A stretch of 64,000 nt of DNA from Podarcis cretensis (taxonomy: Eukaryota). This document shows, piece after piece, positions 37,046-49,034 of this stretch. The translations under genes and the position numbers were made by a program. Within the stretch, counting starts at the first letter, position 1; every line of letters starts with the position of its first letter. The DNA is taken from contig OX638157.1 of NCBI GenBank assembly GCA_951804945.1, forward strand, positions 51,460,001-51,524,000, given 5' to 3'. The notes beneath the pieces are model-generated. The model saw nothing but the letters and a program-made list of their open reading frames with translations. It had not been told where the DNA came from and ran no database searches.

Positions 37046-40000
37046 TAACCATCAATTCCAGTAACATTAGTGATCAATCTATATATATTAGGCCACTTTT
37101 GCAATCATATTTAACTTCTCACTGTATATACCCATGAATATAAAATAAGATCTCATTATAACAAGGAAATATATATTCTGATTCAGAACAATTTGGCAGG
37201 TTATAGTTGCTGTGTTCACAGCTAGGGTTCTTTCCTTATTTCACAGGGGAAAGCCCCTATACTGCAGTGATTGCTTCAGTGGATATAAAGGGACTTTCAG
37301 AGATAATGTACTATCAGCTGCACATGAACAGCTTGTGGTTTGAAGAGGAACCTGGGATAGAAGTATTCTACCTCCTGTATCAAATTTTACCCAGCAGAAT
37401 ATGAAGTGAAGACTCTCACTCTGTTTTAAGAATTCCATTTCATCTTTTAGAATAGTGAACCATATGTTTAAGACTTAGCTTTACAAAATTGGTATACAAC
37501 ACATTTTCATCTATTTTATACTTGAGAAAGCTCAGATTCTTCCTTTTCCAGGAAAATAGATTTTTTTTCCATTTTTAGTTTAGTAAAAGTAGGTGACATA
37601 GTCTGTGATTTATTTACTTAAGAACTGTTTTAGATTATAAACAAAGTGTGGTGGGTGGTTTACCTTTTTCTCTTAATGAAATTCTGAGTTCTGAAATTAT
37701 AAGATATATGAAGGAGAACTTTAAAAACTGAAAAATAAGGTGGGGGGTGGGATACCAAGTCATTTGTTACCAAATAACTGCTTCAGTTTACATGTTGTTT
37801 GTTGGAGCAGTTCTCGTAAGTTTGCATTTTAAAAGAAAGCACTACATTTCAGGCCCTACCACAGCCTATGTTTATTCACTAGTTAGTATACTGCTTTTGG
37901 CTAATGGAATACATATATCTTCTTAAAATAAACATGTAGGGCACAGGGTATCTAAATTGTATCTTGTGAATGTACCCAGATAGTACTACTGCCATGTGAT
38001 CCTAACAGTGGTAATTCAGTAATGAAGTTAAATGTTTAGTTTTCATCATTTACTGTCCTTATGGATTATTCAACAGAGAAGCAATAAAGAATTTTGTTTC
38101 TTAAAATCCTGGAATGCTGGACTTAGCAGAAGAGTTGGTGCACACTCATTTTGACATGTGCACACCACACACAAAGCTGTAATTCGTTGATAAATTATAT
38201 TCTGAATGGGCAGGCATAGAATATGTTGGGGCAATAATAATGTGTGCAGCTTTGATTAAACAGTTTGCTAAATAATGTATTCAGATTGACTAGTGTTTTT
38301 CAACTTCGACATCACCCATTATGTGTTGAAGTAAATTAAAGCTGGAAAACCTTTGTCAGTGTTATAATACTCAAACTGACATCCAATTCCCCCAGACAAT
38401 AGGTACAAGTCTGCAAGCTGCTCTAATTCTTTCCAGTCTTTACATTTATTGATTCTTTTGTAGACCTGTTTCATCCAATCTATTACAAATGGCACCAGTT
38501 AAAAGTGTGAAGTTTATCACATTTGACCTGAGGCACATGAGAAACAATAGGTTCCTAGCATATATTCCACCAATCCCAGGGTTATTTTTTAATCACAGGG
38601 GGGGAAATTGCCTGGGTTTTTTAAAACCAGTTTGAAGTTTTTGTCTCTATTTAAAAGATTGACATGACATGTTAATTTTTTGACTGACCTTTAATCCTTT
38701 GTGTAAAACACACACACACACAAAATCACTTCTGATGTGAACTTAATTCAGCTAGTATGTTACCCTAGGCTTTAAATGTTTTATCAGTTTAGTTGGCTTC
38801 TATGCTGCAGTTAACTTTGATTCAAATCTTACTTTGCCATGTCTTTGAAACCTATTTTGCATATTTAAATAAAGTACATTACACATAGTGTTTGTGAGCC
38901 TGAGTGAAATATATCTTCATTGTAATTTTTTTTTGCCCCTGCATGTTAATAAAAGAAGTTCTTCTGAAGTTTTCATTTCTAATCTCTCTACAGATGTATC
39001 GGTAGAATAGGTTTACCAGAATTAACTTAATATAACATTTTTATTGTACATGGTTCTTCAGGATTATGCCTTTTCTGCATATCTTGCACTGTAAAACATA
39101 CCATATAAATAATTGATAATAAACAAACAAATCCTACTTTTGCCTCTCTCTGTTCTTCCTTGAATTTAAGGCTTTGAAGTTCAGTAAATAATTTATGCTA
39201 CTTATTAGAGTAGACGAATCAAACAGTATCCTTGATCCTAGTTGTTTTTTTGTCCTTGTTGTTTCTGAGGAGAATTTTTAAGTGATCTCTCTGATTGGAA
39301 GATAAATAGGATGATGGAGAAAACAGAATGATATATTGTAGCTCATGTTTCAGATACTAGATCTGCCTTTATCTCATCGTAGCAATGTCTAAACTAATTT
39401 CTATGCATCTCTGTGTATTTATAAATATATAAGCTGCAGAATTCCTAAACCATTTAAAATGGCAAAGTGTCTTTTTGGTAATAAATGTGTAAGCAATTTT
39501 TTTTAGAGTGACATCATAGGAAATTTGACTATGTTAGACCACAAGAAAAGCTCCCCCAAACAGGTTATTAAACCAACCTTTTGCAAACATAAATTCACAA
39601 AGCTTGTCTGAAAACAAAATTAAATGCATGTCAAAGACTCACCAGGGATATGAAATTGGATATAAAATGTGGGTTTGTGTAGAAATGGAGTGGAAAATTA
39701 TGTAACAAATTCTGTGAACCTTTGGCTAAATAGAGAATATTTAGTCCCACTTAACCATACAGCTAGAAGGAACACCAGGAAGTGGTGTTCAATATGCCGT
39801 TTAAAAGAATTCTACATGTTCTAAATGCACCTATTGCCATACTCCTCAGAAACATTTCAAGAAAATTTATTTTCTCTTCCAAACCTTGGGTTGCCAGCAA
39901 AACAGAGTTGCCATAAATGTAGTAAGAAGACTGCACATCATAAGGCGTCAAATGAATTTCAGGGGAAGGAAAAGAGCTATGATGTTCAAACTGTGTAACT

Positions 40001-40801
40001 GCAGCTCATCCTCCTGCAAGAAGTGCTATTGTAAGAAGACCCAAGCAGAGGGAAATAACACAGCATAATAGTGTTGCTTGCAAATATGTAAAAAGAAGTC
40101 AGTCTGTGTTTTGCAATGCAGGTATGCAATTTTCAGGATGCAATTCATTTTTAAGTGTGAGGCTATAAATAGCTGTGAGGCAAGACTTGCAATTCACCTG
40201 TTTATTGACCTTGTTTACATTCTTTTGACATAACAGGACAGATAAACAGTACTGGAGCAGTCTTTTTCTTCCTTTTACAATGAAAATAGAAAGTCAAACT
40301 TGAGTGGAGTTACCAGTAATTTTATATATGTTTTATGTGTGTTTGTGACTCTGGAACCTTTGTATGTTACCCCTAACAGCTTTCCATCAAGTTAATGTGG
40401 CCCAACCCTGTGAAAGGTTTACCACTCCTACTCTAATGTATTTATGAATGCTCCCAAAGCCTGAGCTATAGGTAACATCTTATCCTTAGATTCTAAATGC
40501 TGTGTCCAGGAAAAAGGTCCTATTTCTCTTTAGTCCAGTCACAATATGATTAGATGTCAAAATAATGATTAAAAAGTATATGTATCTGATTCCTACAAAT
40601 AATGTGTTCAAGACTGTGTGTGTGTATTTATATTTAAGGGAACATATTCAAAATTGGAGATTTCAAATACAGCTGTCATTCTCATAAGATCTAGCATGGA
40701 ACTTTGGCAAATCCATACAAAATTATGTGCTTAAATGTTGCATTTTATGCTTTCCGTCTTTGATAAATGCGCATAAAAAGTGTGAGAATGATCCCCTAAT
40801 G

Positions 40802-41140
40802 CAGGGGTCAGCAAACTTACCGCGCCTCAGGCCGGTGTCTCCAGTGCTGATCGTGCGGCAGGCCAGAGGGCGGGGGAGCGCATGCCCATACGCGTGCACA
40901 CACGCTATTTCAGGTGCACTTCCGGGTTGGAGGAGCACTGGAAATAGCTTGTGTGCATGTGCACGGGCCTCCTCCAACCCGGATGTGCACCGGAAATAAC
41001 ACTTGCGCATGCACACAAGCAATTTCTGGGGCTCCTCTGACCCAGAAGTGGGCAGCCGCGCGGCGCTGGTAAGAGTGGGCAGTGGGGGTTGCTGCAGGCC
41101 GGATAAACAAGTCCCTCGGGCCTTAGTTTGGGGAGCCCTG
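40802..41140. mobile_element. hAT non-autonomous element
   Basis: Ends CAGGGGTCAGCAAACT ... AGTTTGGGGAGCCCTG; perfect 8-bp TSD CCCTAATG on both sides. Confidence 0.92.
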
Positions 41141-43115
41141 CCCTAATGCACTGGATCCTAAACTGTTATCACTACCTGTGATAGGCCTGATCCATGCCTA
41201 TCTGTTGTGCTAGCTTGGCGCTTGCACAACTAAACCCAGCATTTTTACTACCTTGGCTAGCATGTGTGGTAGGACTTTCAGGTGTGGTGGTGTCTCCACA
41301 GATCTGTTCAGCCATACTGCTCATGGCTGGGGATTAGGATTTCCTTCTGAAACTGGTTACAGTGTTAATTTTTTTTTTTTTTTTGACACCTACACCCACA
41401 CACCCACCACAGTAAATTCATCTACTCTCCCTAAAGGGTATCAAGGTTCTTATCTACATTTTGATGCAAGCAAATGCTTGAGTTGCTTGGTTACATGCTT
41501 TCTTTTAAAATGCCTTATGTCCAAATCAGCCCCCTGGGAAATGAGAATGTGCTCTCCCCAAGGTGCTTAATTGTTTCAGGCTTTCAGAGCGGTCTTAAAA
41601 AAAATAAAAAATAAACTAGGGTTGCTTGTCTTACTAATATAATAAAAGATAGGGTGGTGGTTTCAATTAAAAATAGTTCTTTCCATATTTTTTGTGCTTT
41701 GAGTGAGTGAGAATTTTACGTTACTTTGCTTTCAAACAACTGAACAGTTAAATGTCAAAAAGAAGAGAAAGGGGGAAGCCTTATAAAGGCATTGCGGAAA
41801 TATTCTCCAAGGTGGTATGTTTAAAGGAGACCAGCCTCAGCCTATTATCTTTCCAACCCTTCCAGAATTCTAATGGCACATCTCTACTGTAATCTATCTG
41901 CTGCTAAACATTTACAGAGGAGTAGGAAAAACTATGCACAAACGGACATGGATGTGGGACATTATATACTTAGGTACCATAAACCTCAGCAGCGTAATTT
42001 GATTTGGAAATCTACATACATACGTCACTTTATATTGGTGCCTAAATTCTGCACTTGGAAAAAATATGAGCAATACCAAGAAAGCTTGTTTATGTGATTA
42101 AGTACTAGGAGATATATCGAGAGACCATTCTACTATTCTGCTGTTCCTCAGCATGATGTTGACCGGTCCATCTGCTTTGTACTGAATGATAATGGGAAAA
42201 TAAGATAAATAAATAAAAATTGTAGGCTTCCATGTGCACAGTGTTTCCAGGGCAGGAAGCATCTTGGGAAATAGTCTTATTTTCTGTTCCTTTTCTAGCT
42301 GTGCTGCTAGACTAGCTGTGAAGGCAGATGCTTGTATTTCTGCTTGTTTCTTACGTTGATTCGTATTTATGTATGTAAGTAAAAACCTTGGAAATCTGTT
42401 TGCCAAATCATGTGGTAAATAGTCATGCTGATGACTGCAGAGTTGCTTTGGGGCTGCTGTTGTTAAGCACTTATTACAGGAATCCAACCGGGCAAATTAA
42501 GAAACCTGTGTGTTTGCTTGTTATTTCAAGACTTTTATGCTTGGCTTCTGAAGAACCCCTTACAGGACCTCATGACCTAAAAAAGGCTTGCTGTTCCTTA
42601 GTCAGGGATTGCCTTGTGAAATCTGAATCACTGACCTGGCAACAATGAAAATGATTACCTCCAAGGGAGAGTTTAGCTTTTGTTATTCTTTAATGCAGTA
42701 TGTTTGAATGTCTGGTATTAAAAATGCATGTGTAAAATAACTATGCAGTGTTCAGTGCAGTGTTGTAATGGCACTTTAAGATACACTTAAGAGTGAATTT
42801 CTCTTTATTCTAGCAGATTAAAGAGTGTATTTTATATTTCACCACAATAGCTATTAACAGATTTCAAAGAATAGGGAAATGCTATCTGACATTTATGAAC
42901 ACTTTAAGACATTGCAGAATTTGTCAAAATACAAATGTATTATATTAGCATTGAACATGGAAGACTTTAGAGTTTCAGGTGCAGAAATTTCAGCAAGTGT
43001 TGCTGAAATGCCCCCCCCCCTTTGACACAGTTATTAAAGCTGCAGGTTGTAGGTGTGTTACTAGGTACAGAAATACTCAGGCCCATTACAAAAATTAGCA
43101 TATGCTTTATATATA

Positions 43116-43340
43116 CAGTGGTACCTTGGTTGTTGAACAAATCGGCTCCAGTATGCTGCAAATCTTGAAGTGAGTGTTCTGGTTTGTGAATGCTTTTTGG
43201 AAGCCGAACATCCAACACGGCTTCCGATTGAGTGCAGGAAGCTCCTGCAGCCAATCAGAAGCCGCACCTTTGTTTTTGAACCATTCCGGGAGTCAAACAG
43301 ACTCCCAGAACAGATTAAGTTAGACAACCAAGGTACCACT
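43116..43340. mobile_element. Tigger/pogo-like MITE, family B (right end lacks the last base and TA)
   Basis: TA|CAGTGGTACCTTGGTTGT ... ACAACCAAGGTACCACT. Confidence 0.88.
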
Positions 43341-43574
43341 CGGGTTAAGTACTTAATTCGTTCCGGAGGTCCGTACTTAACCTGAAACTGTTCTTAACCT
43401 GAAGCACCACTTTAGCTAATGGGGCCAGCTGCTGCTGCTGCTGCGCCGCCGGAACACGATTTCTGTTCTCATCCTGAAGCAAAGTTCTTAACCTGAAGCA
43501 CTATTTCTGGGTTAGTGGAGTCTGTAACCTGAAGCGTACGTAACCTGAAGCGTATGTAACCCGAGGTACCACTG
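43340..43574 (-). mobile_element. Tigger/pogo-like MITE, family A, inverted, fused to the family B copy
   Basis: Reverse complement of 5537-5778. It lacks the outer ~10 bp of the left TIR and ends CCGAGGTACCACTG|TA. Confidence 0.9.

Positions 43575-43608
<34 letters not shown>
43575..43608. repeat. (TA)n(GA)n compound microsatellite
   Basis: tatatatatata gagagagagagagagagagaga. Confidence 0.95.
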
Positions 43609-43616
<8 letters not shown>

Positions 43617-43814
43617 TAGCTCTCTGAGCAAATAGTGTGGGTTGGGGTCTCACAAACACTATGCTATGTTGCCTGCCCAGCAGCCCTAAAAGCAAAGGTA
43701 TTTTTAAAAGGGTTAGGAGGGCAGGATACCTGAGGCCAAGTGCAAAAGGCCACAAGAATGTCCCTAGGAGAAAAAAGCCATATTCTGCAAAACCTTTAAA
43801 GTTGCAGTAGCCTT

Positions 43815-44250
43815 GTCCTCTTTTGCACCTATCCTCCCTCCAATGGGCCTCATAGGATGGTCTCAGGGTCTGGATAGGTTAATATGGAGAGAGGCAGTTC
43901 TTGAGGTATTGTGGTCCTGAGCCATTTAAGACTTTCTAGGTCAAAGCCAGCACTTTGAATTGGGCTTGGAAACTAAGTGGCAGCCAGTGCAGTTGGGGCA
44001 GCATAAGTGTAATATGCTCAAACCGTCTTGTCCCAGTAAGCAACCTGGCTGCTGAATTCTGCACTAGATCAAGTTTCCGAATCATCTTCAGTGGTAGCCC
44101 TATGTATAAAACATTGCAGTAATCTAACCTAGAGGTTACTAGAGCATAGAGAACAGACGTTAGGTTGTCCCTGTCCTGATAAGGGCACAGCTAGACCACC
44201 AGCCGAAGCTGATGAAAACCTCTCCATGCCACTGAGCCACCTGAGCCTCC
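43815..44250 (-). mobile_element. L2 LINE ORF2 fragment
   Basis: The minus strand reads [81 protein letters not shown]. Confidence 0.92.
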
Positions 44251-45964
44251 TCTTACTTATACATCCTTTACTTTCTTCCTTTTTGGTTTATCCAGAAGGA
44301 AGATGGAAAGCTTGAACCTAATTGTTTCCTATTAGAATGACATATTGAGTCACTGTTTTTATTAATTTACCAATGAATATACCAATATATACCAATATAA
44401 CTTTACCAATTTTAAACTAGTGTTAATTGAATATCTCTTTCTCTTCATGAAATCTGGCTTTCTTTTTATCCAACATTTTTCTTTCACTTTATTTTAATGA
44501 GGAGCAAACTTATTTTCTGCAATGTAATGTGTTGTGTCTCAAAACTTTCTAATGATATTTCATGTTTGTCACACATGCTCCATTTCTTCTCTCCCTCTCT
44601 CGGTTTCTGGTTCACTTCTCAGTCATTATTTAAAGCCTATTATTGTTATTGGCTCCCTGGGATGGGGCACTGGCCTTCCTTTATCTGCAAATGCATGGTT
44701 TCTGCTTATTATTTTGGAATGTACAATTTAGCTGAAGAAATATTTTACTATTGCAAAATATTACACGGATTCCAATACAGAAAAGTTGTTAGGCTAATCC
44801 TTGTGATGAATTTTGATCCTAGTTTCAGTTTTCAGTCACTAACTACAGAGAAATATGTTGCATTACAAAGTGTGGCGCTTTTAATGGCAAAGAAGGGCAA
44901 ACCAATTTAAACAAACAGACACCAAAACTACAGGTACTGATGGGAAAGATCACTAGAAATTACAAACTGTGCTGTGACTTAATCTGTTAGTAAATGCACA
45001 CATTTTAAAATGTAAAGTGGAAACACTGATTTGTTTCATCAGCTAAAAACAGGCAGCACTATACATCTCCCAAAGATGTGAAAGAAACATGTTTATCTAA
45101 TATAGGAATTATACAGAAAAAAAATGAAATTACATGCAAGAGATGTAGTAAAAAGCTAATTACCTATTGTATTTGTGCATTATCATTGCTTCTAAAATGT
45201 CTCTGGAAGAATGGAAGCTAGTGTGTCTTTGATTGAGAATGTGAGCAATGCACACTGTAGATAGAGCTGAATGACCAAATGCTATCAAATGCTGCTTAGC
45301 CATCCAGCAGGTAGGCTGGTGCCCTCTTGTTTTGCACAAAATGCCCCCCCCCAGGAAACTATTTGAGATTGCATCCACATGGAAACCACACCATGGGATA
45401 AGCCCATTATTGCCCACCACATGGGTCGGCCACTGCCATTTTATTTGCTTCTGCACTGCTGAAAATATGGTTTTCAGGAGTTTGTAGCAGCATGGCAAAA
45501 GATGTGAATGGCACATTTTATTTGCTGCCACTGTGAATTAGCATAAGACTTACATAGTCGTCTCTGAGCATACATCTCTTTTATTACACAGCTGTTTGTC
45601 CAAAGCAGTTTTGCTCTATAATTTAAAGTACTATTATGGATATTATCTAAAGCTTTTAAAGAGCTCATAGAAACTTAATAAATAATTGAATAAATTAGAG
45701 ACCATTTAGTCCTTATTAAGATGCATTGGGTTTTAGATTAACATGACGCCTACATGTGGGTATACACTCTGTGATATAAAAGTTGACAACTAGATAAAAT
45801 ACCATATGAGAGGAGTTGTGAAGTCAAATGTTGTGTTAGGCTTTTGAAACCAGGTAACTGTTTCTTTCAAATGTATTTCATTATTTAATGGTTGTGTGAA
45901 TAGCAACAACACAACACAAAAAATACACCAAAACATCAGATATTAAAAACTTTCCAATACAATG

Positions 45965-46142
45965 CTGCCTTCAGATGTCTCTGGAAAGTCATATAGTTGT
46001 TTATATCTTTGACATCTGATGGGAAGGTTTTCCACTGGGCGGGGGGCCACTACTAAGAAAGGGATTGAGATGGCATTGCTGCTTCAGGAATACAGAGCCA
46101 AGGCCATTTAGGGCTTTAAAGGTCAACATCAACACTTTGAAA
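45965..46142 (-). mobile_element. L2 LINE fragments
   Basis: The minus strand ttcaaagtgttgatgttgacctttaaagccctaaatggccttggc translates to FKVLMLTFKALNGLG. Confidence 0.65.
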
Positions 46143-47404
46143 CTACTGGTGACTTCGAAAGAATATTGCTATTGCTTTCAGAAAAGGATGTTTGTTTTAT
46201 TGTGTTATTTATTCAAGTACTGATTTGCAAACATCAGACTCCCTCCTTCCAGCCACCTTAATATTTCAGTTTATCATAATCCTCAGTATTCAGTTTGGTT
46301 GATGGTTGGAAGACAGATGAGAAGATCAGCCTGGGAAGATGTTATCAACCTGGGACTTCTCTTATCAAGCCTGCATTTTTAGACACTACACTAGTCCATC
46401 TCTGTCATCTTTCAGTTTGCACCCAGATGCATTTGTATTTTATACAAAGTGAAAATGTGACTAGCCTCAACACATGCATTTAACTTTCTGAGCTGTCTTT
46501 GGATGGGCTGAAATCTTAAACAGAAGTGAGAGGTTTGATATATAGTCTCTTGTATTTTCTTTCCTGTTTATTGAATTCTTCTAATACAAAGCTTTAAATA
46601 TCTTTCACTTTCCTGTCCCTGAGAGACCTTTTACTTTTCACGTAATCCTTTCACAGGCATCACAGCATTTCTCCTTAAGCCACAGTGCCTTGCAGCCCAT
46701 GTCAAACTGTGCCTTCCAAATGCGCACACACTCCAAAGTTGCACATACATCCCATAGTCTCAGCTTTTGAATCTCCAGTCAATGAACAAATACTCATGGG
46801 AGTTACCATAGAGTATAGACCAAAGTGTTTATTATTTGTTTTGTACAATTCACTTATATAACTGCTGTTTTGTCTCATTTGTCTCAACTTTTTTCAATAT
46901 CACCTTTCACTTCTTTAATGCGTACTTTCTTGCTATCAGTTTGGCAGTTTCCTCCTACAAGAAAGTGCTGGTTTAGCTAACACTTACTATTTGACCCATT
47001 CATCTATTTCCCCAGTCCTTCTACAGACTTAATCTTCATGTTTATAATTTATCTCCTGTTGAAAAATCCATATAACTGCAGCCGGGTAGTGAAAACAGCA
47101 CAGTGAGCAATTTGGTGCACAAGGCTCAAGAAGCTCAAACTTTCAGTTTCCTAGCCCTTTACTTCTAGCTGAGAATACAGCACAGCAAGATACAACTTCC
47201 TAGGTCATGACTGTTTCTCTTAAAGGAGTCATGGACCAGATATTAACAAACATGGATAAGAAAAAGCAGACTCTATGTATTTGACTCATACAAGGTTACT
47301 CTGAAGTAATACTAGAAATAGTTCACATTGAATAGAATGTGCAAGAAGCTCCTACCTATACACTAACACACATCAGAAAGTTCTAAACTTTCTATGGACT
47401 AAAC

Positions 47405-47540
47405 CAGACATGGCCAAACTTGGCCCTCCAGATGTTTTGGGACTACACTTCCCATCATCCCTGACCACTGGTCCTGTTAGCTAGGGATGATGGGAGCTGT
47501 AGTCCCAAAACATGTGGAGGGCCAAGTTTGGCCATGCCTG
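47405..47540. mobile_element. 136-bp foldback hAT MITE
   Basis: Near-perfect ~55-bp inverted arms CAGACATGGCCAAACTTGGCCCTCCA... / ...TGGAGGGCCAAGTTTGGCCATGCCTG; perfect TSD GACTAAAC. Confidence 0.93.
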
Positions 47541-48236
47541 GACTAAACACAGATGGAGAATTCATAAGGCATACTATTCGGTCAGTTTAATGAATGTTTT
47601 CACTTGCTTTTGCGTTATTTGGTAGCTTGCCAGATAATAGTTATTAATACAATAATCTCAAACTGATGCCACACTTTTCAGATGTTCCACCTCTTGCTGG
47701 AAAGGGTTTGGAGGCTTGTGAATGATTTTCTGGTTGTCTGCACGAACAGAGAGATTGGCCATAGGAGGAACAATCATAGAATAGTGCAGAATCTTCTTTC
47801 CTCATAAGGTTTGGTTCCACCACAGTGCAGCTCAAGTCCCCAAATATGCTAAGCTTCCTTTCATGCTCTAGGAAATTTGCTACTGACAGAACAGTATCCA
47901 TGTGTCCTGCTAGATGCTGTGGCATCCCCAGACACTCCACACAGTACCCACTCCATTTGTCTCCCAAGTGTGTGAATACATACACAGCTTTATTAAAACA
48001 AAAAAACAAAACTTGGGTGGGTGGACTGGGTAGAAACTGAAATAGGCTTCCAGCAGCCATGTACTCTTCCCTGTCTGTCTGCAGAAAGCCTCTGAGCTCC
48101 ACATGGGCCCAGAGACAGTCTTTGAAGGTAAAGAAAGGAAGAGGACAGCAAAGCTAGAGGTATCCCTGCCACTGCCTGGTAAATTTGAGGGGTGGGGAAA
48201 CCATAGTGATGTTTTCACTATTATAGGGGGCGGTGC

Positions 48237-48940
48237 TGTTGTGCAGTTTTGGTCTATACCTAGCCTGTCCCTTTGACCTTACCCAGTTTCTCTAGTCCTT
48301 CATAATGTGTAAGTGGAGATGTCCTATCTCCCCTCAAATTCACAAGCTGGTTGTCTGACAGAAAAGTTGAGCTAGTCCAGTAGTAACTAGCACCATGACA
48401 TGTCCAGCTCACAACTTCCCCAGGTGGTAACAGCACCTTCCTTGGCTATATGCCATGCATTTGATTGGTTAGTCAGAACAACCTGTCAGTCAGAACCCAC
48501 CTGGACCAAGAGGCCTTAAAATGGGAGTGTTGCCCACATTCCTTTGTCCCTCACATCAACCAAGGGGCTGTGTTGCTTGTGAGAATGACTCTAGCTTTCG
48601 TTAGCATACTCACTCCTAGACTTAGCTAGCTTTCTAAAATGTTTCTTCATTTTCTTCAAGCAAGATTCTGTCTTTTCCATTTGTCATCACTCCTGTTACT
48701 TAATATTGGGTGTTGGGGTTCCTGCATGTGCTTGCCAGACTCAAAGGAGGATTTTACCCTTACATGCCTAGACTGTTTAACTTCATGGTTTGTGTGTGTA
48801 ATGGTAGGATTTGACGGAAAAAATCAAGCTACCTTGGGCTTCAGTGAGACACAGGGGAAGCTAGATGCTCTCTCTGTCCCTTCATAAGTATTTGCCTTGT
48901 ATCCTCAGGCTTCTCTTCCTCCTGAGAACAGAGGGAACAT
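48237..48940 (+). mobile_element. Possible old solo LTR remnant
   Basis: Starts TGTTG and has a U3-like arrangement (ATTGG then CCTTAAAA). The 3' end and TSD are unclear. Confidence 0.25.
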
Positions 48941-49002
48941 AATGGAAGAGTGGTAGCAGTTTAGCTGACAGGACTCTCTGGTCTACCCATCTTTCTCAGA
49001 TT

Positions 49003-49034
49003 GGCAGGCAGGCAGGCAGGCAGGCAGGCAGGCA
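49003..49034. repeat. (GGCA)8 microsatellite
   Basis: Direct reading of the sequence. Confidence 0.95.

Noticed and set aside
37247-37404. Strong acceptor ttccttatttcacag|G with frames reading GKPLYCSDCF... or ESPYTAVIASVD...
   Set aside because: No credible donor downstream and neither peptide is recognisable. The CxxC resemblance to a LIM/zinc finger is probably chance.
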